A stretch of 32,000 nt of DNA from Wallemia ichthyophaga EXF-994 (taxonomy: Eukaryota; Fungi; Basidiomycota): NCBI RefSeq assembly GCF_000400465.1, contig NW_008806288.1, positions 180,001-212,000 of the forward strand, in the 5' to 3' direction. Below are positions 1 through 12,004 of this stretch, in pieces. Numbering within the stretch: the first letter of the stretch is position 1; each line of letters begins with the position of its first letter. The notes beneath the pieces were generated by a model, which was not told where the DNA came from, made no database searches, and saw nothing but the letters and a program-made list of their open reading frames with translations. A program made the position numbers and the translations under genes.

Positions 1-1970
1 GCAACAGTCTAATTCCTATAAACAGGAATTGCGGCTGACGAGGCTGCAGCTTGAAGAATGTCAGTCTCAATGGGAAACCACCAAGGATAGATTGCTAAAT
101 GCAGAAAAGCAAGTTGATAGAGTTAAATCATCTCTTATTCCAAAAGTTCATCAAGAAGCCGCTCCTGCAAAGGCTGATTCTCCAATACACATTCAAAAAG
201 CTGACTCTGTTGATCACGTCAAGTCTGAACCTAGTCAAGCACCTTCACCCGCTCCCAAAGAACCATCTCAGCCTCCACCGCCCGGTCCGACGAAAGAAGA
301 ATTGGAAGATGCACGCAAGTTAGCTATGCAGAGAATGACGGAATCTGTTGAATTGAGAGCTGATAGAGTTAAGCTTTGTCAGGAGATTGACAGTCTTAGA
401 GTTACGCTCAAGCGGCCTAACGATGAAGCTATTATTGAGTCAGGGCTTTACAAAGACCTTCAACACCAGATAGATCATTTTCAAACTGATGCAGATACTG
501 CTAAAGCACAATACAATCAATTACAGAAACAAGTGGAATCAATTCTCACATCGAGGGGAGAATACGAAGATGGTTTGAAATCAGAGATCAACTCTCAAGT
601 GGAAGACGTTTTGCAAAGATTACAGGCAAAGGAAGCTGATATCAATAGGCTAAGAGGTCAGCGAGAAGAACTTAACAGCGAACTTAACGTTAGGCGTACA
701 AAAGATTATGGCAAACTGCAGTACATTGAACAAACTCAGCAACTATCTGAATCAAGACTAGAACGAATAAGCTGTCTAAAATCCGAAACACAGCGTTTGA
801 AAGGACGTATTGCTGCTGGATATGGAAATCAAACTGCTTACCACGCTATCATGGGCGATAACGTGAATGAGGATGATTTCAATTTGACTATTAAACTCGA
901 TACCCAATTAAAAATTGCTAGTGAAGAAATAACAAGTTTGAAGAGTCAAATTAGGAATCTCCAACAAGAAGGTGATGTACATCTTAGGCTGGAGCAAGCT
1001 GAGAAAAAGCTGAGTGCATTCGAGAAAGCTTTCGGTGAAGCAGCTGATCCTGAAGTCCAAAAGCTAGTTAATACAATTAATCAGAGAGATGAACGGATAA
1101 GAAAACTTGAACTACAAAATACCGAATCTGAAACTACATCGAATGCAATATACGGCGAGATTGAGAGATTATCGAAAGCATGGGAGGTTCTTGATGAGCA
1201 GAACAGATCGAAGATATTTGACTTGCAACATCTCGAAGAGAAAGTGACGAGGCTAATGACAGAGAAGGCTAAAGCTGACAACAAATATTTTGCTGCAATG
1301 AGAGCCAAAGACGCAATTGATATTGAGCGGAAGACGGCTCAAAGGACACATGAAAAACAGTCAAAAACAATTGAAAAGCTACTTGAAACGGAAAAGCAAC
1401 TGGAAAATCAAGTGTCAATTCATGAAAAAGAGCTTGTGGTGTATTCAAATAAAACCAAAGCATTGGAAGATAGAATGTTCTCAACTGAACGAGAATTGAG
1501 CAGTGCGAGATTACTGTCTGACGAGTCAAAGAGAAGGCTAATGGAGGTTTCCACCAAGTTGAATGAAAGGCACGTCATGTACGAAGATGAGAGAGCAGCA
1601 AAAAGAAGACTAGAAGAGGACAATACGAAGCTGCGCAGTGATTTACAAAGGATTCCAACCAATGGACAAGTAAGTAGTGGTGTAATGAACGGCATTCACA
1701 CAGCCAAAGAGGAGAATTTGCAGAGAGAGCGTGACCAGCTGTTTGTGAGTTGAGAGTTTAGCGTCAACATCACTAGCTAACCAAACAAATCAGTTCTTGC
1801 TTCGTTGCTCGACTTGCAAAAACGAGCTGAAATCACATTGCATAACTAGATGTATGCACACATTCTGCAAATCGTGCATCGACGCGCGTATTGAAACCCG
1901 ACAAAGAAAATGCCCAATCTGTCAAATAGGTTTCTCTGCTTCAGAAGTCCAGAAATTGCAGTGGGCTTAA
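1..1970 (+). CDS. BRE1: E3 ubiquitin ligase Bre1 (histone H2B monoubiquitination), 5'-partial
   Basis: Long coiled-coil ORF open from position 2, containing LEEKVTRLMTEKAKADNKYFAAMRAKDA. GT-AG intron at 1745-1793. The last exon (1794-1970) encodes a C3HC4 RING: CSTCK...CITRCMHTFCKSC...RKCPIC. Confidence 0.93.
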
Positions 1971-2269
1971 TTACCCATGGCTATTTGAATAAACACCTAA
2001 ACTAACTTAAATGATTCATGTATTACTAAAATTTTAATCGATTCTGTATAGCTTCTGTAATGTTATTCTCTCTATGCTTATTTTTAATGTTCTTAGTAAT
2101 ATTCTTGGACATAATGAGTTGTGAATAAGCTTGCGAATTAAGTGTGATGTGCCTAGTGTAAGATTACCATTGTTGATTCATTCTGTTTGTTGAAGTGCTT
2201 GAGTAATCGGGGAAGAAGCCAAATATATAAAGCACTATGAACACTAACAGTATAGATAGACGTGTATTG

Positions 2270-2665
2270 GCTACGTCTGAGCGCTTGCTTTACATAACGA
2301 TAGCCACGTGACTAGGATTGAGGGTATGCGAGAACCAACAGTCAGCACTAAGACCAACTGAGTGCACCCACGGCTTGAGAATAAGTAGCTGAGCAGATGT
2401 TTACACCGTCAGCCGCGTGACTAGGAACGAGGGAGGGTATCGGTGTTTGTGAAACACAACAAAGGCAAGGTACGGGCCACGAGCTCCTCGGCAGCCGCTC
2501 GTTATTTAAGCAGACTATACACCCTTCCTCTTTTCTTTGCGTTTCGGCGTCTTGGGGGCCATAGTAAGGCGGGTATATCTCTTTCCCTGTAAATAGTCTG
2601 CGCTTCTTCCAATAAGCTTTATCTCCACTAGTTATTTCTCTCCGACCTTCCACTCAGACCTGGAA
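2270..2665 (-). ncRNA. Candidate structured non-coding RNA, family unidentified
   Basis: Sits in an unusually long (~790 bp) intergenic gap. Nested complementary segments at 2275-2283/2651-2659, 2294-2298/2631-2635, 2510-2516/2595-2601, 2517-2524/2571-2578, 2479-2484/2497-2502 and 2403-2408/2441-2446. Two helices contain G-U pairs on the minus strand but A-C mismatches on the plus strand. No canonical family motif recognised. Confidence 0.3.
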
Positions 2666-2761
2666 TCCCGTTTAAAGTCTGCGTTTAGCGATACTCCTAG
2701 TAAGCGTCACTTTTCCACTCGGTCTTTCTAACCTCAACCACCAAGACGAGGAAGTCCGCAG

Positions 2762-4419
2762 ATGAAGTTTCTGCTAGTGTTTTCGCAGTCGTTGCTTGAT
2801 TTCAGACTGGCAGAGCTAGATTCTGTGGTGGAGGTATTGAACTTAGACCTTAGCAGACCTAGTGATGAGAACGTCGACTTGAATTCTGCTTGCTTGGTAG
2901 TCGATATTGGTTCTGAAGACGGTGCAAGAGCGTTAGCTGGCCGATGTGTTTTGATAAAGTGGGTGATATGTGGTTATGGAGGACAATCTCACAACGCACA
3001 AGGCATATTATACAGATATTCGCACAGGGTAGTTCATATGATGATCTCCACGAGAATAACAAAAAAGCCGTACATTTATGGAAGGTGTACACCGATAAGA
3101 CATTCGCATTCAACGTAGAAGCAGCATACAAATCTATACCAAAGGAGCGTAGAATGAACATCATCAACGCCTTCTCTTACATGCAATTCACAGCCCAAGT
3201 GAATTTCAAGAAGCCATACATACAATACGAAGTATTTGAAGAGCATAAAGCGGATATAAACAGTGATGTTGATCATGCACATACTTACGCACCAAGATTA
3301 TTCCACCGTGTTTACTTTGGTCGGTTTATAGCATTTGGTCAGCGCAGTCTTGTGCCCAAATTTGTGGGTGTCTCTTTGATAGAAAATGACGTCTAATATG
3401 GAACTCTCTAGGATGTCAAGAAGAGAGCGTATTTTGGTAATACCTCGATGGAGTCTGAAGTCACTGTCTTGATGGCAAACCAAGCTTTGGCGAGGAAAGG
3501 CACGCTGATTTGGGACCCATTCGTAGGCACTGGTAGTATGCTTTATTTATGCGCATACTTTGGCTCTTATGTTATGGGCAGTGATTTAGATGGGCGTCAG
3601 ATGCGTGGTCAGCGTGAGTAGACTATTGTGTTTGTTTTTCTTAGCTCATAAACTACAGCTGGTAAGCAGCATACAGGCCATCCAGGCTCTCGCGCCGGAG
3701 GTATACTCTCGGCTGCTAAAGATTATGGTGTTTTGGACAAATTTTTGGATCTTTTCACTGCAGATGTCACCAGAATCGGTTGGAGAACGGGTGGTACACT
3801 CGACGCGATTGTTACTGATCCTCCCGTGCGTATATTTTACCGCACAAGTGTCATTTCTAAAATTTCGTGTATCGGAACAGTATGGTGTGCGCGCAGGTGC
3901 AAAGCGCATTGGATTGAAACAAGGTGTGGAGTACAAGGAAAGGTGGGTGAAAGCAAAATGTTAGATTTAGCTCAATATATTCCAGCTACTCGGCTCAGCC
4001 AAGACCTCCAACGCAGGATTATGACCTGCTTAATCTCACGATAGATTTGGTCGTGATGAGCGCCTACTTGCTCAAGAGGGGAGGTCGGCTGGTTTATTTC
4101 CTACCCACCGTCAACGAAGAGTACAAAGAGACAGATGTGCCAACGTGTCAGGGTATGCGGATAATTGCGAACTCTGTTCAGGATTTTGGAAAGTGGTCGA
4201 GGAGAGTAAGTAGATTTCTTTGTTAGTGAAAATTCTAATATGCCATTCAAGTTAATCACGATGGAGAAGTTTGAAGATATTGATACAGATGATTCACTAC
4301 AAAATATACTATCAAATATAGACATAAATACGGCTGATAAAAATGTCTCGCATTCAAACTTCAGAGAAAAGTTCTTTAGAGCATTCGAGCCACTAGAAGA
4401 ACAAATTGTTAATCAATAA
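2762..4419 (+). CDS. TRM11: tRNA (guanine10-N2)-methyltransferase Trm11
   Basis: Spliced ORFs give MKFLLVFSQSLLDFRLAEL..., KKRAYFGNTSMESE, WDPFVGTGS (SAM motif I), GSDLDGR, DAIVTDPP-YGVRAG and a C-terminal HSNFREKFF. Several ~45 nt GT-AG introns. Confidence 0.94.
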
Positions 4420-4465
4420 ACATAAATGTGTATTTTTACTGTCATAATAAAATTTCCACCACAAT

Positions 4466-6574
4466 CTACCGACCTAGAACAGGTTTCGACGATTTGACGC
4501 TAACCATAGAAGGCCGCTTTGTGGCAGTCTTGTTAGTGGTTGTACGCTGAGCAGCAGCCTGTGCCAACAAACCCTGTCTCGGATTATTAGACTGTATTGA
4601 TTTTTGTTTGTTTTCTGTTTTGCGCAGAAAAGGTGATGGTAGATCATCCTCATTTACGTTTACGTAGTTAGGAGTGGCGGGTGGGGGTGGTAAATTGGTC
4701 CATTGTGGTATACTGCTTATTGAGCTTGAGGCTGATGTTCCTGATGCTGATGCTGTGTCTGCAGGTGCAGTATCCGCGCGGTGTAACTGTGGTGGCTTCG
4801 AGGTAACCACGTGCTCCGCTCTGTTCTCCGCCTCGTCTTCCTCTTGTGCGAGCGCGAGAAGTTTAGCTTGTGTCGCATTGTGAGCGTTTAGACCGTGTTT
4901 GCTACTCATCCGACGTGCTTGAGGTGGTGTGCAGATGGACATCTCGGCGAGCGTCTCACTAGGAGTGGCCCTGTGGATATTGTCAGTTGAATCTTTTATT
5001 TCTAATACTAATCCTACTACGCACTCTTTCATCGTATTGCTGGGAATCTCTTCAAAACTGTCTTGGTTTTTATCTGTCAATATCCTATCTTCTATGCCAC
5101 TGTTGTGCATTATCCTCTCAATTTCCGCCTTGACATTCTTCTCTACTTGAGTTTTTATGTAGGCGTCAATTTGGGTCTCTACTGTCGAGATCTGCTGCTC
5201 GCGTTCGCATACTTTCTTTTCGCGCACTTGAAGTTCGCTGAGACGCTCACTTAGTCGCACTCTTTGCGACGCTATTGATGCAGCCATCTTGTTAAGCTCA
5301 ACGGTGCGCATTTGTAGTTTGATTTTATCATGCTCGAGGATTTGAGATGCCGATGGTCTGTCTCGGGGCTGTAATGTGTGAGAGTGGCTGGAAATTGTGC
5401 TCGGCAGCTTACGTTGGGACTCAGCATTCTGCGAATCATATCATCGAGCATTGGGGAGTAGAAGCGTGAGAGTCGTGGTATACGTCCTTGCAGAATCTTG
5501 TCCTGAAGTTGCGCATGTGTTTTAGCTTCGTAGAATGGTGGACTTGGGGATGCATTTAGTTCCGGTCAATCTAATAAAATGTACCCACTTCAAGCAAGCT
5601 AGTTCGTATACGACGCAACCTAGTGACCAGATGTCAGACTTGTGGTCGTATGGCATGTCTTTCATCAGCTCGGGTGACATGTAATATGGCGTCTGATGTC
5701 ATGTCAGCGTGTTCTACACTAAATTTCAACTTTACTCACTCCGACGTATGTTTTAGCAAATTCCCCAATCTGTGTTGCTTTTGACAAGCCGAAGTCACCA
5801 AGTTTGAGGTTACCTGAGTTATCTAAAAAGACTGTGGTGTTTTAGTGAATTAATGTAGGTTATCTGTTCAAACACACCATTTTCCGGTTTGAGATCTCTG
5901 TGAAGAATCTGTTGATTCGCTGCAGCCACATCATGCTGAGAAGGCCTACGCTCCAATTTCTGCCCGCCACCAACAACACCACCTCTACGATGACAATGAT
6001 CGAGTGCGCCAGCGAGCTGTGAGATGTAACTCCAAATGGTGTCTTCTGGCAACAGTGTATTACTACGCTTGCAGGATTTAATGATAGACTGTAGATCGCC
6101 ACCGCCGCAAAATTCCATCAAAATATAGAGCATGCCGCCTTCCCTGTCGACGTACTGAAGGAGTCTTAGTCGATAAACACCGAATCAGACATAACTCACT
6201 CTCTCATGGTAAGCGACGATGTTTGTGTGATCCAACTCGCGTAAAATATTGCTGTGAGTGTGAGTGTGAGAACTAGGCAGCGACGCCAACGCTTAACGCA
6301 CACTTCCGCGACGATTTGTTTCCTATCCCTATCGCTCATCTTATCAAAGTCTAATTCCTTCCTAGCGAAGACCTAGGAGAGTGTTAGATGTTTTTGAACG
6401 TAGATAATCACGTGTATCGCGTATATTCACGTGTACCACCACCAAATTACCCTAACTCACCATCCCATCCTTTTTACGCCTAACTTTCCTTATTTTACCA
6501 AAACTGCCTTGCCCGATAACCTCAATTGACTCAAATTCTTCTAAAAAGTTGTCGCTTGGTGATTTCGCTGTCAT
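4466..6574 (-). CDS. KIN3: NIMA-related (Nek2/Kin3-like) Ser/Thr kinase with C-terminal coiled coil and low-complexity tail
   Basis: [88 protein letters not shown]. Large last exon at 4466-~5575. Confidence 0.88.
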
Positions 6575-6767
6575 TTTTACGTGATTTCGTTCGCGTTGAT
6601 TCAGTCGAGGTATGTGAGTGCACGAAATCAACAGCGTTTTGATTAGAGGGAATAATAAAAATTTCAGCGTTTTATTCATATTTCACGTTCATGCACCACA
6701 AATGTAAAATGTTGCAAAATGATTTATTATCTCATCGCCCACACGCTTCTATCACCGCGGCGATGAG

Positions 6768-9700
6768 ATGATAAACAATCTAATTGGAAGACCTTCAGAG
6801 CAATGGAGGAGAACGCAGGCAAGTCGCAGCTTTCGTCTCGTAAACCCGAAATTCTCATTATCTCTGTGAAGGTTGTACTCGTCATACTGTTTTGGCTGTG
6901 GAGATTACTCAAAGGAGATAAGAACGGCTTAAGATTTTGGTACATAAAATCAATAAATAGACGCTTAAGTGGGTAGCTGGGATTTTTTCTCTAGTTCGCC
7001 TCTCATCCAGATTACGCCTAGAACGATTCACACCTTATCAACTGATCGTCGCAACACTCACATCACTTTACGCAATCAGGCACTTTGATGCTTTATTAGG
7101 CTTACAGGGTGTGTATTGATTAGTATGACGTGTTTTGTACTCAATCCACATTCTTCAGCCCCTGAACCACTCGCACACCTCTATTCAAGATCATATTACA
7201 GAGCAACTTGGATATCAAATGCTCTGGACGCTGGTTTCGCAACAGCCATGTCTATCCATAAGCCTAAGTGGCTCAAGGACTTGGCAGGTCCCGTGTTTGG
7301 ATTATATTACCTTATATGGACAGAACAGGCTGAGGAAAAGGTGCGCGTCATGTGATTACATAGCCTTTCCGACTAAACTATCCTCAAAGCTGCTCAAATT
7401 CAGAGCTACTTGCACAGTAGAGTTTCTTAGAAGCACAGGAGAGAAACTATCAAATCCATATGTCGGTGCAACCATATAACTATATCTTCTAACATTCTCT
7501 CCAGATACGCGCTGCAACGATTCTTGCAAGACCAAGATGCAACTTGGTTCGCGAAATATTGTTGCCAAGACCAAAATCATCCAAGTATACCAAACCAATT
7601 TCCTGCTTGATGTTGTTCAACGGCACAAAAGAAGAATTGTCATGCTGTACAGAGCTCGTCATTGATTTCCCAGGTGGCGCGTTTGTTTTTATGACCCCAC
7701 GCGATCATGAAGAAAGATTAAGGTGGTGGGCAAAAGAAGGCAAGAAGAAGGTCGTCTTGAGCGTCAATTACATTAAAAGTCCTGAATGTGAGCGTGTAGT
7801 TGTTTATTGGTGATTCCTGCTAATTTCAATCAAGATCCTTTCCCATGGGCTATCGATGAAGCTTTTGATTTATACAAGATCATACTAGAGACGAACGGTC
7901 GCTTACTTGATATGAAAAGTGAGACGCTTAACATTCTCTTGGCTGGGGACTCCGCTGGTGGAAATGTGAGAGACTGATTTTTACTTTCGTTGTCTAACAT
8001 GGGTCAGATCGTCACTGCTGTTATGTTTAAGGTAAAGAACGGCTAATAATCTGCAGTTAGGCTAACAAATGGCAGATATTAGAATCTGAAGTACAGCTCA
8101 AGCATCCAGTTGGAATAGTGCTGACATATCCAGCATTAGACTTCAGTAGGTCTTTGCAATAAACAAAAACTCCGTCTAACAGTCAACAGACTTCACCAGT
8201 TGGATGAGTGATGAAAATCTTGAAGTACTTAGAACCGAGCAATCCTCTGCAAGTTTAGCTTCCTTATTCGAGTCCAAGGACCACCTAGCCCATAAATCAC
8301 CCTTATCAATAACGTGTGACATTCCTAGCAATAAAAATATTAAACGGCAAAAGAGCTGGTCTGATCATTTATCTCACTGGGCATCTTCCACCTCCTTATC
8401 AAAGCTAGGTGCTCCTTCACCAAAGATACCTTACAGTGCAGGTGCGCAAATAGCATCAGCAGCAGCAATGCAAACCTCTTCCAAGTCAACAACATCTCTC
8501 AAAGATACGACCACCTCACCTCGCAGGAGAAGAGTGTTGTCGTTCGCTGACAGTCCACCCAAGCTCAATTTTGAGGTTGATGAGCAGGAAGTGTTGGGTA
8601 TAGCTGTAAATGATGATGTATCAGAGGAAAGGGACAGGGACTGCAGGGTTGAATCTGAGAAACCACTGTACGAGAGAGTGATCGCCGAGCCTGACGAACA
8701 TGTAAGAAAGGAGCTGCAGAAGGAGCTTGAAAGGGAGCATATGGAAGCCAACAAACGCATCAACAACAAGAAGAAAGCTCCTATAGGTACACGCCTAACA
8801 ATGACTAGCAGAACTGGCTTCTTTAATGACAGGTGGGTGAGATTCAACAGACAAAGACACTCACTCTAACGCCCAGTTTATAGAATTATTCCACCCTCAG
8901 TTATGAGAGCGTGTGCTTTGCTTTACATTGGACCAAAGAACAGGCCAGACTTTAAGAAAGATTACTATCTCTCCCCCATTTTAGCACCGTCGTATCTCCT
9001 TGAACAATTTCCAACCACTTTGATTGTTTGCGGGTGGGTTTTAGAATCTTAGGTTGTTCAACTACTGACGGAAAACCAGTGAACGCGATCCTTTCGTCGA
9101 TGACTCACTAATTTTCGCTGGACGGCTTCGCAAGGCTAAGCTGGCACGTCAGTCGGCAGCTTTACAAGAGCAGGCCAACTACGAAAATTCCACTGAAGTT
9201 AGAACCCCTACTGGTGGATTAGGTTTAGGAATCGCAGACATTAAAGACAACTACGTCGAGGATCCCATCGTTCACGAAGATGAGGATGACTGGGTGCACT
9301 TAAGAATTATTGAGGGTGTGTCATATTAAACATGCACGAATTAACTGACACTTTCCAGGCATGAGCCACGGGTTCCTTCAAATGACTGGAGTTGTCAGCG
9401 AGTCTCTGTTGATTATCAAAAAGTTAAACCAATGGATCGAAGGTGTGTTCTGCTAAGGTTGAAGCTTATATCTAACGGTATTCAGAATCATTCCTCAACG
9501 CAATTGAGAAGGTGAACGCTAGTAGAGAGAGGGACGAAGAGCTCGAAAAGCAAGCAAAGGAAGAACAATCAGGAAAACCTGTACAAAGCAACCACAAGCA
9601 TTCAGAAAGTGAATACGAGTTAAGTGAGCCGCTAGTATTTTCCACTAAGAAATCAGCGACGCCTTCCATGTTGTCAGAACCAGCTACGCAAATACACACA

Positions 9701-9985
9701 CCGATGGGCGAGACCTTCTCCCATGATCAACCACCACCACAGGCTAAACCCAAACAAATCCGCACCCAATCCACTCCGCCTGCACAGCTCCCCCTCAAGT
9801 CAAACAACCTGGACCATCGCGGAAAGAGCTTTGAGAAGGATAAAAAGAATAAGGAAGACATGAATAGCATTCTGTTGAGTGAGGCTGAGGTTATGAGGAG
9901 AAGACGTATCGAGGCTGTAATGGGGATGGGTGAGACTGGGTCAGCTAATATATCAAGTGATGAAGACGAAACGAGTAATGGGTAA
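6768..9985 (+). CDS. Hormone-sensitive-lipase-like alpha/beta hydrolase (abhydrolase_3 type) with N-terminal membrane segments
   Basis: MINNLIGRPSEQWRRTQ, then APEPLAHLYSRSYYRATW, IDFPGGAFV (oxyanion region), YPFPWAIDEAFD, LAGDSAGGN (nucleophile elbow) and HGFLQM. Many introns, including a predicted GC-AG intron at 6819-6871. Confidence 0.86.
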
Positions 9986-10413
9986 AGAATAAGTAATAAC
10001 GACAATCAACTATAAGATTACATCAGCACGAAGGCATTCTACGCACTTGTATCTATACATTCTGTTATCAATCAAGTGTTATATCAACACGAATGATTTA
10101 TTTAAGGATACGCGTGTGTTTCACTTCTAGCAATGCATTGATGAAGAATTTCAACTGTCTTCGTGAAGAAAGTCAATGTTGACTATTGGCTTCACCGTCA
10201 GAAATAGCCCTAGTCTTAGTGATTATGATTAAGTCAGCCTTCAAATCGTCAGGAACGCCTCGTCGCTTCCATTCCAAAGCTAATATTACGCCTGATGGTG
10301 TGATTAACTTCCTGAGTAAGCAAGATTCACGTAATCTTCTACGGCTTAATTAAAATGCGCTATTATGCCTTTTTTCGCTCCACTACGCCAACTACGTCGG
10401 AGAAAATAATAAG

Positions 10414-11010
10414 ATGTTTACCGGAAATCCAGTGGATCTACCTCCACTCGAGACAGCAATCGATTTCGGTGTGACGGCTATATCCCAGACCACAGAAAGT
10501 ATAGACGAGGCGTCTAAATTGCTTTCAAGAGCACTGGCCAGCTTCAAACACGTGACAGATGACTATGCCACGCTGCCATACGAGGTATCGTTTAATTGGG
10601 ACGAAATTGAGTTACCGGAGGATTTAGAGAAGGAGTACTACTGCGTGGTCTTCAGATCAAAGCGGAAAGCAGACGTAGATCCTGATCTCTACACCGCTGA
10701 TAGATTGGCTCATGAGGAGGCTGTTGTAGCCAGTCAAGGTAATCTCCTCATGTACTGTGAGTTTCCTGCTGCATTGTGGCAGGGTCGGCTGATCCTGAGG
10801 CTAGGGTTTGGTAGCGCAAAAGCTGATACCAGAGAGTGTCTTGCTACTTGTATTTGGTCCTCTCAAAGCTGGGCGAAACGCGCTTCAAAGCTTCCAAAGC
10901 ACGTACAGGCAGCAAAGTTGTCCAAAGATGCCTATGAATCGTTCCAGCTTGAGCGCTTCCGATTAATCAAGCCACTCGGAACACGCAAGCTGAATTTAGA
11001 AAGGGTGTAG
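10414..11010 (+). CDS. UPF0643-like conserved fungal protein
   Basis: SFNWDEI...YYCVVFRSKRK...LYTADRLAHEEA...LLMY-WFG...CLATCIWSSQ...PKHVQAA resembles UPF0643 proteins, from memory. One in-frame GT-AG intron restores YWFG. Confidence 0.72.
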   Translation: MFTGNPVDLPPLETAIDFGVTAISQTTESIDEASKLLSRALASFKHVTDDYATLPYEVSFNWDEIELPEDLEKEYYCVVFRSKRKADVDPDLYTADRLAHEEAVVASQGNLLMYCEFPAALWQGRLILRLGFGSAKADTRECLATCIWSSQSWAKRASKLPKHVQAAKLSKDAYESFQLERFRLIKPLGTRKLNLERV

Positions 11011-11129
11011 AAGACTGTTTTACGATCTAATTTCAAGAACACTTATATAGTTTCTTTGTAGCATTCTACTCACTTGTAGCTTATCTTTCAACCATCACCC
11101 AGGCTTTTACGCACGACAAACATCTTAAA

Positions 11130-11399
11130 ATGTAACCATGATATTTGTCTATGTATTATTGACAAACCCTTCTCAGGCCATTACCTGCCGAACAATCGAA
11201 AAGCAAGAAACGCATGCTAGCTTTCTGGGAGAAGAATTTGAACGCACAGACATTACAGCCGGCGCAGAAAGTGCAGCAGGAACATAGCGAGAGCCATCCA
11301 ATACCTCCCCCAAGCCCGCCACCGATGCCTGTAGGATACCGCAGACGCCGAACCGACCAGGCGACTCCTCTGCCCACAGAACCACATTCAAAATCCTAG
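11130..11399 (+). CDS. Putative 74-aa proline-rich microprotein with an intron-split start codon
   Basis: AT(11130-11131) + intron 11132-11176 (GTAACC...TTGAC...TCTCAG, 45 nt) + G gives MPLPAEQSKSKKRMLAFWEKNL...PIPPPSPPPMPVGYRRRR...HSKS*. No homology recognised. Confidence 0.45.
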
Positions 11400-11906
11400 C
11401 GATTGAGTCGGTGCTGCTGTCTTTAATCTTCTCTTTACTCCCGTTGTTGTTACAAATACCTTGAACTTTGCCCTGATCTTTTCTAATAAATTTGACATAT
11501 CCCATTCTTCGTTGCTGTCGTCTTGCTGGGCGTTGGATTGAGGGAACTTTTGTATCATTTCTATTATCTGTTGTGCATGTGCTTTGTGCCTGCCGCGTCG
11601 TCTTAGTTGTTGTATTTTGGTGGTGGTCGTTCTCTACTCACTTAGAGTCGGGCTGAGTTGAGAGGAGAAAGACAGCAGATGCTTCCATGAATCCAAGCTC
11701 TTCCCAGATTTCATATCCTTTCTCCTTACCTAAGGCTCTGCCCTCTATCTTGCCGTGTATCTTGCCATGATCATACCCCGACTGGTATCCAGCATTGTAG
11801 AAGCTATGGAAAGCGTGAGAATAGGTTCTTCTATATTCAAGTATACCCACGTTTGCTCTAAATGGTTTATGCTATCTATCTCGTCGATTGGCATTATTTC
11901 TTCCAT
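11388..11906 (-). CDS. LTO1: Lto1/ORAOV1-like protein (Yae1_N deca-glycine repeat domain)
   Basis: Spliced product MEEIMPIDEIDSINHLEQT-FYNAGYQSGYDHGKIHGKIEGRALGKEKGYEIWEELGF...LLEKIRAKFKV...GF*. Two GT-AG introns. Confidence 0.85.
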
Positions 11907-12004
11907 ATTGGACTCGGCCAAAAAGAATCAGTATTTCAAAGAAGACAGCCTAAAATTATCAAAACACAAAAAATGTGCGGTCTGAAAACTCGACTTTCAT
12001 AGTT

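Noticed and set aside
2348-2653. 101-aa minus-strand ORF (GTG start) in the BRE1-TRM11 gap
   Set aside because: No ATG between it and TRM11 and no recognisable homology. The region is better explained by RNA structure or regulatory motifs.
2642-2654. GGAAGGTCGGAG on the minus strand resembling RNase P CR-I
   Set aside because: It lies right after the putative terminal helix rather than after P3, and I found no matching CR-V partner, so RNase P/MRP was not called.
10155-10350. ~57-codon minus-strand open stretch (LEWKRRGVPDDLKADL...) and C/D-box-like words in the lipase-UPF0643 gap
   Set aside because: No start codon or credible upstream exon. The box C match is imperfect and I recognised no convincing rRNA-complementary guide.
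11173-11505. 110-aa minus-strand ORF from the track
   Set aside because: It overlaps the real LTO1 last exon in another frame and is antisense to the better-supported plus-strand microprotein.
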